Shown here in pieces: positions 31,114 through 43,436 of a stretch of 64,000 bases of DNA. Numbering within the stretch: the stretch's first letter is position 1; the number at the start of each line of letters is the position of its first letter. Where the stretch lies: NCBI RefSeq assembly GCF_000142905.1, contig NW_013657676.1:248001-312000 (forward strand), given 5' to 3'. Position numbers and translations under genes: made by a program. The stretch comes from Thecamonas trahens ATCC 50062. Lineage: Eukaryota; Protista; Apusomonadida. The notes beneath the pieces are model-generated. The model did no database searches, was not told the DNA's origin, and saw only the letters and a list, made by a program, of their open reading frames with translations.

Positions 31114-34100
31114 ATGCTCCAGTACAGCGGTACGCCCCTCCCTTCCTCTCCTCCCCTGCCCACACCCCCTTCTCCTCATTCCTTTGCTTGCTCTTTCCCC
31201 GTCACTCACCCCTCCCCCCTCTCCCCCTCCTCCGGCCGCAATCGACGATTCTACGACCTTTTCCAGGCGGAGCCAGCGGCGGGTCGTCGTCGTCGACGGC
31301 AGCGTCCGGACTCGTGGCCTACATCCGCAGCCTTCCGCCCAAGCCGGACAACACATTGCGCCTCTTCTCTCGCAAAGACTACTGGACAGTGGCTGGCGAT
31401 GACGCCCTGTTTGTGGCCATGGAGTACTACAAGACCAAAGCCGTCGTCCGCCACCTTGGCGGCGACGCCAGCTCGCCCGACGCCATCCCTCACGTCTCCC
31501 TCTCGCGCGGCATGTTCCAGGACACCGTCCGCGACCTGCTCATGAACCGTAGGCTCAAGGTCGAGGTACATGCCCGCCGGAGCGGTAAGTGGGCGCTGAC
31601 CGACACGGCATCGCCGGGCAACCTCAAGTGCTTTGAGGATCTGGTGTTCAAGGCCGCCGGCGCCAGCGCCGAGGCCGGCGAAGCATCGACGACCGCCGGT
31701 GCCAGCGCCATCGTCGCCGTCAAGGTCACGTCAGGACCGGCAGGCTCGGCCATTCTGGCGGCGGCCGCCGTCGACATTGCCGCTCGCCGCCTCCGTCTCG
31801 CGGAAATGCCGGAGAACGACCAGTTTACCAACTTTGAGGCGCTCCTCATCCAAACCGGTGCCTCGGAAGTCATTCTTCCGGCCAACCTCCCGCCGCAGAC
31901 CTCCAAGCGGCTGCTTGGCATCGCCCAAGCTGCTGGCGTCCTTGCCACCACCAAGTCGGCCTCGTCATTCTCGGCCAACAGCATCGAGCAGGACGTCCGC
32001 CGGCTCACCGGGCTTGACGCCGACAAGCCGCTCGCCGAGCTCGACGCGCGCGCCGCTGCCTCTGCTCTCGGTGCCCTCCTCAAGTACCTCGAGCTGCTGG
32101 ACGACCCCTCGCTGTACGGCAAGTACAAGCTCTCGGCGCTCAACCTCGCCGAGTACATGCGCCTCGACGCCGCTGCCCTTGCCGCCCTCCATCTCTTCGA
32201 GACCGGGCCCGGCGCGTCGTCGGCCTCGACCGGCGGCGGCTCGCTCTTCTCGCTCCTCAACAGGTGCAAGACCCCGCAGGGCTCGCGCAAGCTCCACCAG
32301 TGGATCAAGCAGCCGCTGCTGGACATTGTCAAGATCAACCGTCGCCTCGACCTTGTCGCCCTCTTTGTCGACGCAGTCGCCGTCCGCACCTCGCTCCACT
32401 CGGAGCTGCTCAAGACCGTCCCGGATCTCTTCCGTCTCGCCTCCAAGTTCCTCAAGTCGCGCGCCTCGCTCGAGGACATGGTCCGGCTCTACCAGGTCGC
32501 CGCCAAGCTCCCGGCCATCGTCGAGACGCTCAACTCATGGACGGGGCCGGGCGCGGAGCTCCTAGCCTCGGCCTTTGCCGTCCCGCTCGCCGAAGTCGCC
32601 ACAGACCTCAAGCCCTTCCAGCAGCTCGTCGAGTCCACCATCGACCTCGCCCGCGCAGACGCCCACGACTTTGTCATCCTCCGCTCCGTCGACGCCCAGC
32701 TCGACAAGCTCGCCACCGCCCGCGATGCCCTCATCGCCCGCATCGAGGCCATTCACGGCGACGTCAACGCCCGCCTCGCTGCAAAGGCCAAGGCCAAGTC
32801 GTCCGCCGCTTTTGTCAAGCTCGAGGTCAACGACCAGCACGGCTACTACATGCGCATCGCCCGCTCCAAGGAGAAGATCCTCCGCGGCGACGCCCGCTAC
32901 ACCACCCTCGAGACCCGCAAGGACGGTGTCAAGTTTGCCACCCCGACCTGCTCAAGCTCTCCGCCTCGTACCGCACCACCGTCAAGGCCTACGCCGCCCA
33001 GCAGGCCGAGATCGAAGCCAAGGTCCTCGGCATCGGCGCCACCTACACCGCCGTGTTTGAGGACCTCAACGACATCGTTGCCTCGCTCGACGTCCTCGTC
33101 GCCCTCGCAGAAGCCTCGCTCTCCGCGCCCATCCCCTACATCCGCCCCACCCTCGTTCCGCACGGCACCGCCGGCCTCTCGCTCATCGACTCGCGCCACC
33201 CGTGCCTCGAGGCCATGCCCGACATTCAGTTTATCCCCAACAACGTCGAGCTTGGCCCGCCCGGCGACAAGCGCCTCCTCCTCATGACCGGGCCCAACAT
33301 GGGCGGCAAGTCGACGTACATCCGCCAGGTCGGCGTCATCGTCCTCATGGCACAAATCGGCTGCTTCGTCCCCGCATCCTCCGCCACCATCCCGCTCGTC
33401 GACTGCATCCTCGCTCGCGTCGGCGCCGGCGACTCGCAGCTCCGCGGCGTCTCCACCTTTATGGCAGAGATGCTCGAGACCGCCTCCATCCTCGCCACCG
33501 CCTCGCCGGCCTCGCTCATCATCATCGACGAGCTCGGCCGCGGCACCTCGACCTACGACGGATACGGCCTCGCCTACGCCATCGCCGAGCACATTGCCAA
33601 GGACCTCGGCTCGCTCTGCCTCTTTGCCACACACTTTCATGAGCTCACCCAGCTCGAGTCGCTCCTCCCTAGGGCCGTCACCAACGTCCACGTCACTGCC
33701 CACACCGCAGACGATGCCCTCACCCTCCTCTACAAGGTCCGCCCTGGCCCGTGCGACCGCTCCTTTGGCATTCACGTCGCACGCCTCGCCCACTTTCCGC
33801 CGCGCGTCATCAACATGGCCAAGCGCAAGGCTGAAGCCCTCGAAGACTTTGACTCGATGGCCGCGGGCCTCGAGTCGGGTGACTTGCCGGCGCCCAAGCG
33901 CGCAAAGAACCTTTCCGCAGACATTGTCGCCGCCGGCGAAGCCGCCATCAAGGACTTTCTCGCCGCAGCCAAGACCCAGCTGGCGGGCACGGTCCAGCTC
34001 GACGACGCCCTGGCCGCAGAGCTCTCCGATGCCGACCGCTCCGCCCTCTCTCCGCTCATTGCCAAGCTCCGCAACTCGTCCAACCCATACGTCGTCTCGC

Positions 34101-34129
34101 TCCTCGACTCGTTTGCCGTGCAAAGCTGA
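31114..34129 (+). CDS. MSH2: DNA mismatch repair protein MSH2; intron ~31130-31266; apparent 1-nt frameshift at 32941-32944
   Basis: LRLFSRKDYWTVAGDDA, ASPGNL..FED, YMRLDAAA, CKTPQGSR..QWIKQPL, TGPNMGGKSTYIRQ, GVSTFMAEMLET, DELGRGTSTYDG, SFGIHVA. Confidence 0.97.
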
Positions 34130-34131
34130 GC

Positions 34132-36654
34132 TCAGCACGATGCCGCGCTGGCGCCGGCGGTGTCGACAACGGTGTAGGCCGCAAGCTCCACCTCGCGCGC
34201 GCTCGCCTCCCACTGCAGCATCCCGCCCATAAACTCCAGCAGCCACTGCTCGTTGCTCGCCGACCTTGTGCTCCACTCGAGTCGAGACCGCAGTTCGGCT
34301 ACAACCTCGTCCCGCGAGCGAGGGGCAGGGCTCGACTCGCTCGCCGGCGCAAGCAGCGCCTCGTACCGCAGCGCCTTGTCAGGGCACTCGGCAGCGGCAC
34401 GCGCCAGCCAGCTCGTCGGCGGTGGCCCCAGGAGCTCGACCATGCCCGCCAGCGCCTGCGCCTCGTTGGCAACGTTGAACAGCGGCTTTCCGCCAGATGC
34501 AACCTCGAACGCCACGCACGCCAGCGACCACCCGTCGGTCCCGCTCCCGTACGCGCCCGTGTACCCGACCACAGCCTCGGGCGACCGGTACAGCAGCGTT
34601 TGCAGGTGCGAGACCCGCTGCGCATCAGCAATCCGAAACGACGAGCCGTAGTCGGTCAGTCGGAACCGCTCCGCCTCTCCATCGGTGCACACAACCAAGA
34701 TGTTCTCCGGCTTGACGTCGCCATGAACGAGCCCGGCGAGCCCGTGAAGCGCCAGTGCCTCACAGCCATCGCGGACCACGCCGCACGCCGTCGCGGCCCG
34801 CGCACCAGCCTCCGCCGCTTTGAGTGAGCTCCGCATGTAGTGTAGCAGGTCGCAAGCACACCACTCCAGCAGAATGCACATGTGCGCCTTGGCCTCAAAC
34901 GACTCCAGCGGGAGCAGGATCGGGAGCGCTGCGAGTGAGTCCCGCTCAAAGCCGGAAGCTTCCAGCGCGCCCGACAAGTGGTCCAGCATGTCGAGCTCGT
35001 GCCAGCCGAGTGCCGCCATGTCCGCCGATGCGTGAAGGACCTTGAGTGCCCGCACCGGCGTGCCGGCCACAGCGTGGTCGCGCACCGTCGCCACCGCGCC
35101 CGACACGCCCTCGCCGGCCATGCCCAGCACCTCAAACCGAAACGCAATGCTCGCGCCGGCAGGAAGAACCTCGACCTGTGCCGCCTCATCGCTTGGCCAG
35201 ACCGGATCACGCCCTGTCCCGACGTAATACACCCGCGCCACGTTCCACATGGCGTCGCGGAGCCGCGGCGGCAACCGCTCGCCGTGCGCGGCAATGGCCG
35301 AGGCCGGCGAGAGGCCCAACGTTGCTGACTCGCCGCCACTGCCACTTGCTGGCCGCTCGTGCGGCGCCGCCACTAGCGTGGCCACCGCAAGCTGCGGCGA
35401 CGAGTCGGGCGAAGTGACCGGCGAGCTCGGTGCGGTTCCGGGCGCACTACCCACAAAGCCGAGCGCCGACGCCGAGACAAGGGCAGCGGCGGCGGCGTAC
35501 GCATCGCCCCACCACCGACCGCTCACAAGTTGGCCGTCACTCACGACATAGCCAGCCGCGTCCGGCACAAGCGCGGTCCCGGGCTTGCCCAGCAGTAGAG
35601 GGCCCGGCATCAACGACACGCCGGCGACCCGCTCAAGCTGCGCCGCAAATGTGCCGGCGTCTGACACCGCATACTGCGAGCCGCGGATGAGGCGCGTCTT
35701 GCGCTGCGCGCTACCGGGCAGTGTCGTCACCGCACGCCCGTCCAGCAGCGATGATGTCGAGCCGGGCACGGTGACCTTGGACAGAACCAGCACCGCGCCG
35801 CCAACAGTGGCGATCGGGAGTCCGGCAGCCCAAAACTGCGCCACAGCCAGTGCCACCTCGCGGCTCTCCAGCATCGCAGCTTGGTACTCGACGCTGAGTC
35901 CTGATGGTAAGTAAAGGCCTGCGTATGCGTCCGGATGCGCGTCGCACACGTCCAGCGGCTCGCAGAAGGTCGAGGCCTCCATAAGCTGCGCGGCCTCAAA
36001 CTGGACGTCACGAGGTGCGGCGCTGAGCAGCGCCTCGTCGGCAACAGGCACTGCTCCGCGCGGTGTGGCAAACACAACATCAACTGCAGCCTCGGAAAGG
36101 ACCCGCCACGCGCTGGCCACGTCTGCGAGGTCGACGCCGCGGTCCGGGAGCACCACCAAGACCCGGCCGGTCGGTGCGAGCACGTGTGTGCCAATGTCCA
36201 GAAAGGCACGGACAACAGGGAGCGAGCGGACAATCTCGTGCGAGCACACAACATCGAGGAGGAGATCAAAGGCGGCCCGACGCGCGGCGACGACGGCCGG
36301 CGCCCGCGACCGCGAGCGCAGACCCCACGTCTTGGCCGGCATCTGTGGCAGATCAGGCAAGCCTACGACCTCGTGCCGGAGCGCCTCGGTCAGCGCAGTG
36401 TGAAAGGCGTCAAACTGTGAGTACGTACGGTGAACCCGCCAGCTCGCCGGCGCCGCGCCGTCTGCGTCGGCCGTCACCGTCACCGCCACCTCGTAGCGCA
36501 TGCAGCGCGCGCCCGGCGCCCATGGCGGCGCATCGTCCACAGCCTCGGCCACTTCAGCTTCAACCCAGGCCTCGTCCAGCTCGCTCCGCGATAGACTGCG
36601 CCACGGGCCGGCATGCGAGACCGGCTTGGCCCATGGGTGCGGCACCGCATACAT
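34132..36654 (-). CDS. PX domain + DJ-1/PfpI-like domain + CMGC (DYRK/HIPK-like) protein kinase fusion; 5' end may extend upstream
   Basis: PX: VHRTYSQFDAFH...LPQMPAK...ARRAAF...VRAFL; PfpI: VLVVLPDRG..VVFATPRG..VVSDGQLVSGRWWGDAY; kinase: GEGVSG, ALKV, HGDVKPENIL, DYGSS, QTLLYRSPE, DGWSLAC. Confidence 0.85.
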   Translation of the reverse strand: MYAVPHPWAKPVSHAGPWRSLSRSELDEAWVEAEVAEAVDDAPPWAPGARCMRYEVAVTVTADADGAAPASWRVHRTYSQFDAFHTALTEALRHEVVGLPDLPQMPAKTWGLRSRSRAPAVVAARRAAFDLLLDVVCSHEIVRSLPVVRAFLDIGTHVLAPTGRVLVVLPDRGVDLADVASAWRVLSEAAVDVVFATPRGAVPVADEALLSAAPRDVQFEAAQLMEASTFCEPLDVCDAHPDAYAGLYLPSGLSVEYQAAMLESREVALAVAQFWAAGLPIATVGGAVLVLSKVTVPGSTSSLLDGRAVTTLPGSAQRKTRLIRGSQYAVSDAGTFAAQLERVAGVSLMPGPLLLGKPGTALVPDAAGYVVSDGQLVSGRWWGDAYAAAAALVSASALGFVGSAPGTAPSSPVTSPDSSPQLAVATLVAAPHERPASGSGGESATLGLSPASAIAAHGERLPPRLRDAMWNVARVYYVGTGRDPVWPSDEAAQVEVLPAGASIAFRFEVLGMAGEGVSGAVATVRDHAVAGTPVRALKVLHASADMAALGWHELDMLDHLSGALEASGFERDSLAALPILLPLESFEAKAHMCILLEWCACDLLHYMRSSLKAAEAGARAATACGVVRDGCEALALHGLAGLVHGDVKPENILVVCTDGEAERFRLTDYGSSFRIADAQRVSHLQTLLYRSPEAVVGYTGAYGSGTDGWSLACVAFEVASGGKPLFNVANEAQALAGMVELLGPPPTSWLARAAAECPDKALRYEALLAPASESSPAPRSRDEVVAELRSRLEWSTRSASNEQWLLEFMGGMLQWEASAREVELAAYTVVDTAGASAASC

Positions 36655-37837
36655 GGCTCCTGTCCCAGCTGTAGGAAGGATGCCCCTCCCCTATCTCCAG
36701 CCCTTGCCCTTTGCGGAGCTAGCGCGGCACGCGGCACGGGACACGCTCGTGATACGAACGCAAGTTGGCGGCCGCGGGGGGAGGGGAAGAGGGTGGTAGT
36801 GGGAAGGGAAGCGTTGCTGGCTGGGACTCGGTGCAGCTGCCGAGAGAGGTTGAAGAGAACGGGAGGGGGGGGGGNNNNNNNNNNNNNNNNNNNNNNNNNN
36901 NNNNNNNNNNNNNNNNNNNNNNNNNNNNNNNNNNNNNNNNNNNNNNNNNNNNNNNNNNNNNNNNNNNNNNNNNNNNNNNNNNNNNNNNNNNNNNNNNNNN
37001 NNNNNNNNNNNNNNNNNNNNNNNNNNNNNNNNNNNNNNNNNNNNNNNNNNNNNNNNNNNNNNNNNNNNNNNNNNNNNNNNNNNNNNNNNNNNNNNNNNNN
37101 NNNNNNNNNNNNNNNNNNNNNNNNNNNNNNNNNNNNNNNNNNNNNNNNNNNNNNNNNNNNNNNNNNNNNNNNNNNNNNNNNNNNNNNNNNNNNNNNNNNN
37201 NNNNNNNNNNNNNNNNNNNNNNNNNNNNNNNNNNNNNNNNNNNNNNNNNNNNNNNNNNNNNNNNNNNNNNNNNNNNNNNNNNNNNNNNNNNNNNNNNNNN
37301 NNNNNNNNNNNNNNNNNNNNNNNNNNNNNNNNNNNNNNNNNNNNNNNNNNNNNNNNNNNNNNNNNNNNNNNNNNNNNNNNNNNNNNNNNNNNNNNNNNNN
37401 NNNNNNNNNNNNNNNNNNNNNNNNNNNNNNNNNNNNNNNNNNNNNNNNNNNNNNNNNNNNNNNNNNNNNNNNNNNNNNNNNNNNNNNNNNNNNNNNNNNN
37501 NNNNNNNNNNNNNNNNNNNNNNNNNNNNNNNNNNNNNNACCCCCCACCCACCCACCCACCAGCCCAACCCACGCCTGTTCGACCTCGACCCGCACGTCCA
37601 CCAGCCCGGTCCACCCTCGCCGCTCATGCACTGTCCCCACACACACACACCACTCCCACACTACACACACACACACACACACGCACACGCTACCCTCTAG
37701 CTCCACCCTCCTCACTCCTCCTCTCCACTCCCTCCATCCCCTCCCCTTCGCCGCATTGCCTCCGTTCCAAAGTACGCCCACCAACCCTCACCTCCCCCCT
37801 CCTCCTCCCTGCCCCACCTTTAACTCACAAATCTACA

Positions 37838-40800
37838 GTGGCCGACCGCATCGACACCAACCGCGGGACGATCGCCGACTCGCTGGAGCGTGACATCGAC
37901 CAGGCCACGTTCTGGAGGCTGACGCTCTACCTTGGCCTGCCATGCGTCCTCTTTACCGTCCTGGCTTGGCTCTTCCAGCACTGGGTCGTCCACTACCGGC
38001 CCAACAGGGCGAAGGCTACCCTCGCCAAGCTCTGGGCCTCGCGTGGATGGGGTAGCCGCAGCTTTACCGTGGGCAAGCACGTCATGACCTTTGCCACCGT
38101 TGCCATCGTCTCGTGGCCCTTTGCCTACCTCCTCGCCTGGGCTGCCGCCGTCTCGGATCGCGTCGTCAACGTCCTTGGCGTCGCCATCCTACTCGGCGGT
38201 ACCTACCTGCTCTTCACCGGCTTTGCGCTCTTCAACTGGGCGGCAACCGCGTGGCGGCTCACCATCTGGCCGGTCCTCTCTTTCATGACCATCTCTTGCA
38301 CCTTTGTCGTCTTTATGGTCTACATCGCCTTTACCACCGAGCCGTACACCTTTATCGGCGTGACCCAGGTCTGGCTCTCGCTCAACTCGTACCCGCTCAT
38401 TGTCGCTGGCTTTATCGAGTACACTGGCTCGATCTTTGGCGACTTTCGGGCACTTGCCGCCACCCACTACTCGCGCTCGCTGCGCCTCTTCTCGTGGTCG
38501 GGCAACAAGCGGTCGTGGGCCTCGTTCATCCTCACCATCGTCTCGTACCACGCGCTCGTCGGCTACATCGTCACCGCCTGGCGTCTCGAGCACGACGGCC
38601 AGTGCTCGGCTGACGAGTCGTGCTCGCAGTTTACCCGCATCGCCGTCGCAAACTCGCTCCTCCTCGTCGTTCTCGACGCCGTCCTCGTCATGTACAACCT
38701 CTCGCGCAAGTCCAAGCTCCCGGCCTCGGTCAACGCTCTCTTTCTCATCGCCTCGCGCTCGTCCATGATCTTCTACGGTGAGTCTTACTGGTTCTTTGCG
38801 CACGCCACTACCTACGCTGTCTCGGCCACCGCCCTCGGCATCCATATCGTCAACAAGAAGCTCCCGGTCCCGGTCTCGATGCTCCACTCCAAGGCCGCCC
38901 TCATCAAGTCGCTCGTCGGCGCCTCGCCCAAGACCTCCGCCTCGGGCTCGGCCATCTCGGCCTCGGCCACCTCGGTCTCGGCGGCTGTCTCCGACTCGGG
39001 TGACATGTTCCTGGAGCGGACTCGCATCGTTCAGTTGTTCCCCTGGCTCCGCTCCAAGACCCTTGCCTTTGTCGTCCTTGTCGCCGCCTTTGGCCTCGAC
39101 ATCGCCATTGTCGCCGGTGCCGACCTCGCCGAAAAAGTCACCGTCCGTGGCGTCTCGTTTGAGCAGTGGATCGTCGGCTTTGCCGCCCTCCTCCTCTCAT
39201 TTGTCCTTCCGGCCCTCTGGGCCGTCTACCGCGTCTACCAGCGCTCGGCATACCGGGTCTCGTGGCAGCTTGCCGCTGCAAGCCTCCTTGTGGAGGCCGT
39301 ATCGGTCGGCGCTGGCCTTCTCTTCTACACTGCCACCGAGTCGGTAGTCACGCTTTGCGTCGCCATCTTTGCGCCGCCCTACTTTGTGGCTGGCCTAATC
39401 GCCTTTTTCGACTGGCCGACAAACCCCATGTACGCGCACTACCACAAGGCCAACGAGTCGCACTGGGTCTTTGCCGCTGCCGCTTCCTCCATGCTGGCTA
39501 TCCTCCTCGCCGCCACTTTTGTCATCGCCAGCGTCAACTCACCGGCATGGCACGGATTCGTTGTCACCGGCATCACTGCCATCGTCACCCTCACCGCCAT
39601 TGCGCTCTACCGCTTCTACCACACACTCCGCGCCTGGGACCCGGTTGTCGTCACTTCTCTGGTGGTCATCCTTGTTATCCTCTGGGGCGCCGGTGCCGCG
39701 CTCTGGGACTCGGAGCTCGACGCGGAGATCAACAAGAGCTCGTTTGGCCTCATCCTCGGCGGCGTCATGTATCCGACTCTCATCGCGCTAGCCATGGCCC
39801 TCATCCAGTGGCGCGATCGCGGCTACCGCGTCTCGCTCTTCCTCGGCCTCGCGCTCGTCCTCACAGCTGTCCTTTTCATCGTCTTTGCCGCCCTCCTCAC
39901 CGCCATCGTCTCGGTCGTCGCCGGCACCATCGTCGCCGCCGTTGTCCTCTTCGGCTGCGCCGGTATCGCCACAGCGCTCTACTGGGCGCACAACGACTTT
40001 TTCCTGCCGCGCCTCTTCCGCATCGGTGGTCTTGCCCTCCTTGTCGTCTGCGCTGCCGTCGGTGTCATCATCGGCTTTGTCGCCGCGCCGTTTGTCGGCT
40101 TCTCCATTGGCTGGGCCTGCCTCTTTGTCTTTACCGCCTCGCGCGCCCTCCAACGCATCTCGACCGTCTACTGGTCATCGTCATCATCGCCCATTTTCTA
40201 CGGCCGCTTCCTCTTCCCGGTCTTCCAGTATTCCAAGACCCGCAAGGTCATGGTCTCGGTGACATCGACAGTCCTCCTTGTCTACGCCGCCCTTCTCACC
40301 GTGGTCGCCTGGGGCGTGGTTGCCACGCTCTTCCTCAACCCGCCGTGGGTCGGCCTCGTCACCTCCTCGCTCACGCTCTCAATCATGCTCGCGTACACGC
40401 TGTACCTGCTCAACACTCGGGCATCGTCGTTCCTCTCTGCCGCCCGCGCCACGCCGTCAGCCGCCGTCGAGACGCTCCGGGCTTCGGCTGCCACCCAGTA
40501 CCTCCAGTCGGTCCGCCCGTCGTCGACCATCCTCTCGGACGTCTTCCACGCGGCACGGACCGCCAAGACGGTCGACGAGTACCTCGAGCTCAACAAGCTT
40601 GACGCAGAGCTCAACGCGAGCTGGACTGCCGAGCAAAAGTTTGCCGCCGCCCTCTGCATGCTCATCGGCGACCACCGCGCGCAAGCTGTCCGCGACGAGA
40701 TGGCCGCCATCGAGTGGACCCTCCGCGACATGAAGTATCCTGGTGAGGCCGCCGAGACCTACGCCGACCTCACCGACCGCGACATTGCCCGCTGGAGCGA

Positions 40801-43399
40801 GGCTGACATCGAGACCTTTGTCTCGGCGTACTACGCACAGATGGCCCGCCGCAACTCTCGTGAGCGCGCCCGCCGCAAGGCACTCCAGCAGGACACCGCT
40901 GGCGCCGCCCGCCGCAAGCAGGCTCAAGGTCGGTACAAGGCCCCGATCCCGGTCTCGGTCGCCGATGCCGGCGACAACGCTGGCGTCGAAGCTGGTGGCG
41001 TTTATGGGGCGGAAAAGGCCAAGTCGGTGTTTGCCGCTGCCAAGGCCAAGCTCGCTGGTGCGCTGGGCTCGGGCTCAAGCTCGGGCTCGGGCTCGTACAC
41101 CGAAGAGGAAGAGTACTCGGCAGTCGAGGGCAGCTACAAGCTCTCAGCCCGCTACAATGCCTCGTCGTACGGATCTGATGTCGAGGTGTGGGAGGAGGAA
41201 GAGGGCTCGTCGTACTCGGCGTCGTACTCGATGTCGATGCTGTCGATCTCGGCCAACGACAGGATGGCAGAGCTTGCCGGCAACATGCCGGTCATTGGCG
41301 GTGCCACGCTCGAGGGCCGCATGGGCGCGGATGAGGCCGATCTCTTTGGCCTCGCCCACAACGAGGAACTGTCGGCCGAGGACTTTGGCGAGCCGGGCCT
41401 GGTCGACCACCGCTCAAACGTGGTCCAAGCTTCAGCAGCGACTAAGAACCGGGCCAAGGCCAAGGCGTTCCGCAGCAGCAACGTGACAGCGCTCAAGACC
41501 CCGCTCCGGCCGCTCACCTCGCGCCGGTACAAGGAGGCGCTCAAGGCCGCGTCCGAGTACTCGTCGGGCTGGGACGACTCGGACATTTCCGAGTCGTCGT
41601 GGTCGCGTCTGGGCGCCGACCTGTTCAAGGGCGGCGCCGACGCCGGTGACATTGCGCAGGGCGCGCTCGGCGACTGCTGGTTCCTGGCCTCGATTGCCGC
41701 CGCGGCTGCGCACCAGAGCGGCGGCATCATTCCCACCACCTTTGGCAAGTCGAACCCGTCCGGTGAGCGTGGGGTGTACGCAGCGCGGTTTTACAAGGAT
41801 GGCGTGTGGCGTGAAGTCCTTGTCAACGACAAGGTGCCCAGGGCCGGCGGCGAGCCGCTGTTTGCGCGGTCGACAGACCCCAACGAAGCATGGGTCTCGG
41901 TCATCGAGAAGGCGTACGCCAAGCTCCACGGCGGGTACCAGGCGCTCGAGGGTGGGTTCATCCACGAGGGTCTCGCCGACCTCACTGGCGGCGTGCCGTC
42001 GGCATACTGGTTCTCGGTCCCCTCGGTCCAGCAAAAGGTGGCGTCGGGTGAGCTCTTCCAGGACCTCCTCCGCTGGAACTCGGAGGGCCATCTGCTCGGT
42101 GCAGGCTCGCAGGCCGGAACCGACACCCAGGTCATCGACGGCATTGTGCAGGGCCATGCATACTCGATCCTGGACGTCGCCGAGGTCGACGGCTTTTCGC
42201 TGCTCAAGCTCCGCAACCCGTGGGCCAAAACCGAGTGGGAAGGCCCGTGGTCTGACGCCGACACCAAGAACTGGACTCCGCGCCGCAAGGCCAAGGTCGG
42301 CTTTGTGGCCGGTGACGACGGCGAGTTCTGGATGGCCTTTGAGGACTTCCGCAAGCAGTTCTCGTCGCTCTTTGTCTGCCGCCTCTTCAATGGACCCGAG
42401 TGGCACCGCTACCGTGCCGCCGGTGCGTGGTCGGGCAAGGACGAGAACCACACCGTGTCATACTCGGTCACGTTCTCGCGCCCGACTCACGCATGCGTCA
42501 TCCTCTCGCAGTACGATACCCGCGGCTCTGAGACCGAGCCCATCGCCATGCTCACCACCGTCTCCGACTCGTCCGGCAACATTGTGTACCCCAACGCCGA
42601 CTCGAACTTCTCCTACGACCGCGACGTCGTCATCGACAAGGAGTTTGACGCCGGCACCTACACCATTGCTGCACGCGCCTATCCCGACCATCTGGACGCT
42701 GCTGCCGCCCCGGTCAAGTTCTTTGTCACGCTCCTCGCCCACTCGTACCCGGCCAAGGTCGACAAACCGTTTGTGACCGTCGAGACCGGCAACAACCTCG
42801 TGGCAGTCGCCACTGCGCCCGCGCCTGCACCCGCCGTTGCCGTAGCCTCGAGCGTCAGCAGCGCGTCGGGCGACCATGATTTGCTCGGCTCAGACGACTC
42901 GGACGCTGTCGGCGTTGCGCCCGCGCCCAAGGCTGATCCCGCTGACGACGGTGGCGACGAGACAACAGACGCTTACACCTTTGTGACTGCCTCGGGCACC
43001 GACAGCGGTGATGATTCGGCCGAAGCCGAGGCCGAGGCCGAAGCCGAAGCCGAAGCGAAGGGCTCGAGCTCTGTCTCGGAATCGTCCTCGGGTTCGGCCT
43101 CGGGTTCGGCCTCGGGTTCGGCCTCGGGTTCGGCCTCGGGTTCGGCCTCGGGTTCGGCCTCGGGTTCGGCCTCGGGTTCGGCCTCGGGTTCGGCCTCGGG
43201 TTCGGCCTCGGGTTCGGCCTCGGGTTCGGCCTCGGGTTCGGCTTCAGGTTCAGCCTCGGCCTCGGCCTCGGGCTCAGCCTCGGGTTCGGCCTCGGGTTCG
43301 GCCTCGGGTTCGGCCTCGGGTTCGGCCTCGGGTTCAGCCTCGGGTTCGGCCTCGGGCTCGGGCTCAGCCTCGGGCTCATCGTATTCCTCAACATCGTAA
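37838..43399 (+). CDS. DEK1-like multi-transmembrane calpain (TM region-CysPc-C2L) with Ser/Gly/Ala tail; first exon upstream or in gap
   Basis: About 20 hydrophobic segments over 37900-40420; catalytic triad motifs [24 protein letters not shown]; [21 protein letters not shown]; probable splice acceptor TCTACAG at ~37838. Confidence 0.92.
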   Translation: MADRIDTNRGTIADSLERDIDQATFWRLTLYLGLPCVLFTVLAWLFQHWVVHYRPNRAKATLAKLWASRGWGSRSFTVGKHVMTFATVAIVSWPFAYLLAWAAAVSDRVVNVLGVAILLGGTYLLFTGFALFNWAATAWRLTIWPVLSFMTISCTFVVFMVYIAFTTEPYTFIGVTQVWLSLNSYPLIVAGFIEYTGSIFGDFRALAATHYSRSLRLFSWSGNKRSWASFILTIVSYHALVGYIVTAWRLEHDGQCSADESCSQFTRIAVANSLLLVVLDAVLVMYNLSRKSKLPASVNALFLIASRSSMIFYGESYWFFAHATTYAVSATALGIHIVNKKLPVPVSMLHSKAALIKSLVGASPKTSASGSAISASATSVSAAVSDSGDMFLERTRIVQLFPWLRSKTLAFVVLVAAFGLDIAIVAGADLAEKVTVRGVSFEQWIVGFAALLLSFVLPALWAVYRVYQRSAYRVSWQLAAASLLVEAVSVGAGLLFYTATESVVTLCVAIFAPPYFVAGLIAFFDWPTNPMYAHYHKANESHWVFAAAASSMLAILLAATFVIASVNSPAWHGFVVTGITAIVTLTAIALYRFYHTLRAWDPVVVTSLVVILVILWGAGAALWDSELDAEINKSSFGLILGGVMYPTLIALAMALIQWRDRGYRVSLFLGLALVLTAVLFIVFAALLTAIVSVVAGTIVAAVVLFGCAGIATALYWAHNDFFLPRLFRIGGLALLVVCAAVGVIIGFVAAPFVGFSIGWACLFVFTASRALQRISTVYWSSSSSPIFYGRFLFPVFQYSKTRKVMVSVTSTVLLVYAALLTVVAWGVVATLFLNPPWVGLVTSSLTLSIMLAYTLYLLNTRASSFLSAARATPSAAVETLRASAATQYLQSVRPSSTILSDVFHAARTAKTVDEYLELNKLDAELNASWTAEQKFAAALCMLIGDHRAQAVRDEMAAIEWTLRDMKYPGEAAETYADLTDRDIARWSEADIETFVSAYYAQMARRNSRERARRKALQQDTAGAARRKQAQGRYKAPIPVSVADAGDNAGVEAGGVYGAEKAKSVFAAAKAKLAGALGSGSSSGSGSYTEEEEYSAVEGSYKLSARYNASSYGSDVEVWEEEEGSSYSASYSMSMLSISANDRMAELAGNMPVIGGATLEGRMGADEADLFGLAHNEELSAEDFGEPGLVDHRSNVVQASAATKNRAKAKAFRSSNVTALKTPLRPLTSRRYKEALKAASEYSSGWDDSDISESSWSRLGADLFKGGADAGDIAQGALGDCWFLASIAAAAAHQSGGIIPTTFGKSNPSGERGVYAARFYKDGVWREVLVNDKVPRAGGEPLFARSTDPNEAWVSVIEKAYAKLHGGYQALEGGFIHEGLADLTGGVPSAYWFSVPSVQQKVASGELFQDLLRWNSEGHLLGAGSQAGTDTQVIDGIVQGHAYSILDVAEVDGFSLLKLRNPWAKTEWEGPWSDADTKNWTPRRKAKVGFVAGDDGEFWMAFEDFRKQFSSLFVCRLFNGPEWHRYRAAGAWSGKDENHTVSYSVTFSRPTHACVILSQYDTRGSETEPIAMLTTVSDSSGNIVYPNADSNFSYDRDVVIDKEFDAGTYTIAARAYPDHLDAAAAPVKFFVTLLAHSYPAKVDKPFVTVETGNNLVAVATAPAPAPAVAVASSVSSASGDHDLLGSDDSDAVGVAPAPKADPADDGGDETTDAYTFVTASGTDSGDDSAEAEAEAEAEAEAKGSSSVSESSSGSASGSASGSASGSASGSASGSASGSASGSASGSASGSASGSASGSASGSASGSASASASGSASGSASGSASGSASGSASGSASGSASGSGSASGSSYSSTS
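43088..43378 (+). repeat. 12-bp coding minisatellite (TCGGGTTCGGCC)n encoding (SGSA)n, about 24 units
   Basis: Near-perfect tandem array visible directly inside the calpain C-terminus. Confidence 0.97.
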
Positions 43400-43436
43400 C
43401 AAGCCCAGCACTCTCTTTTTACTCATCTTGGTGGCG

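Noticed and set aside
31114-34129. MSH2, PTEN, RNASEH2B and others as pseudogenes
   Set aside because: Only single-base homopolymer shifts, with intact motifs and no other decay; assembly error is more parsimonious.
32897-34276. Long antisense ORFs (also 49105-51075, 41432-42451, 53116-54276, 30024-31163)
   Set aside because: Shadow frames caused by high GC3 codon bias opposite well-supported genes; no recognisable motifs.
36480-37893. ORFs spanning N-runs (gaps 11437-11709, 12985-13381, 36875-37538, 54633-54877, 60447-60978, 63222-63403)
   Set aside because: Artefacts of translating through assembly gaps.
43088-43378. CRISPR-like or telomeric array
   Set aside because: Contiguous 12-bp units with no spacers, in frame within the calpain CDS.
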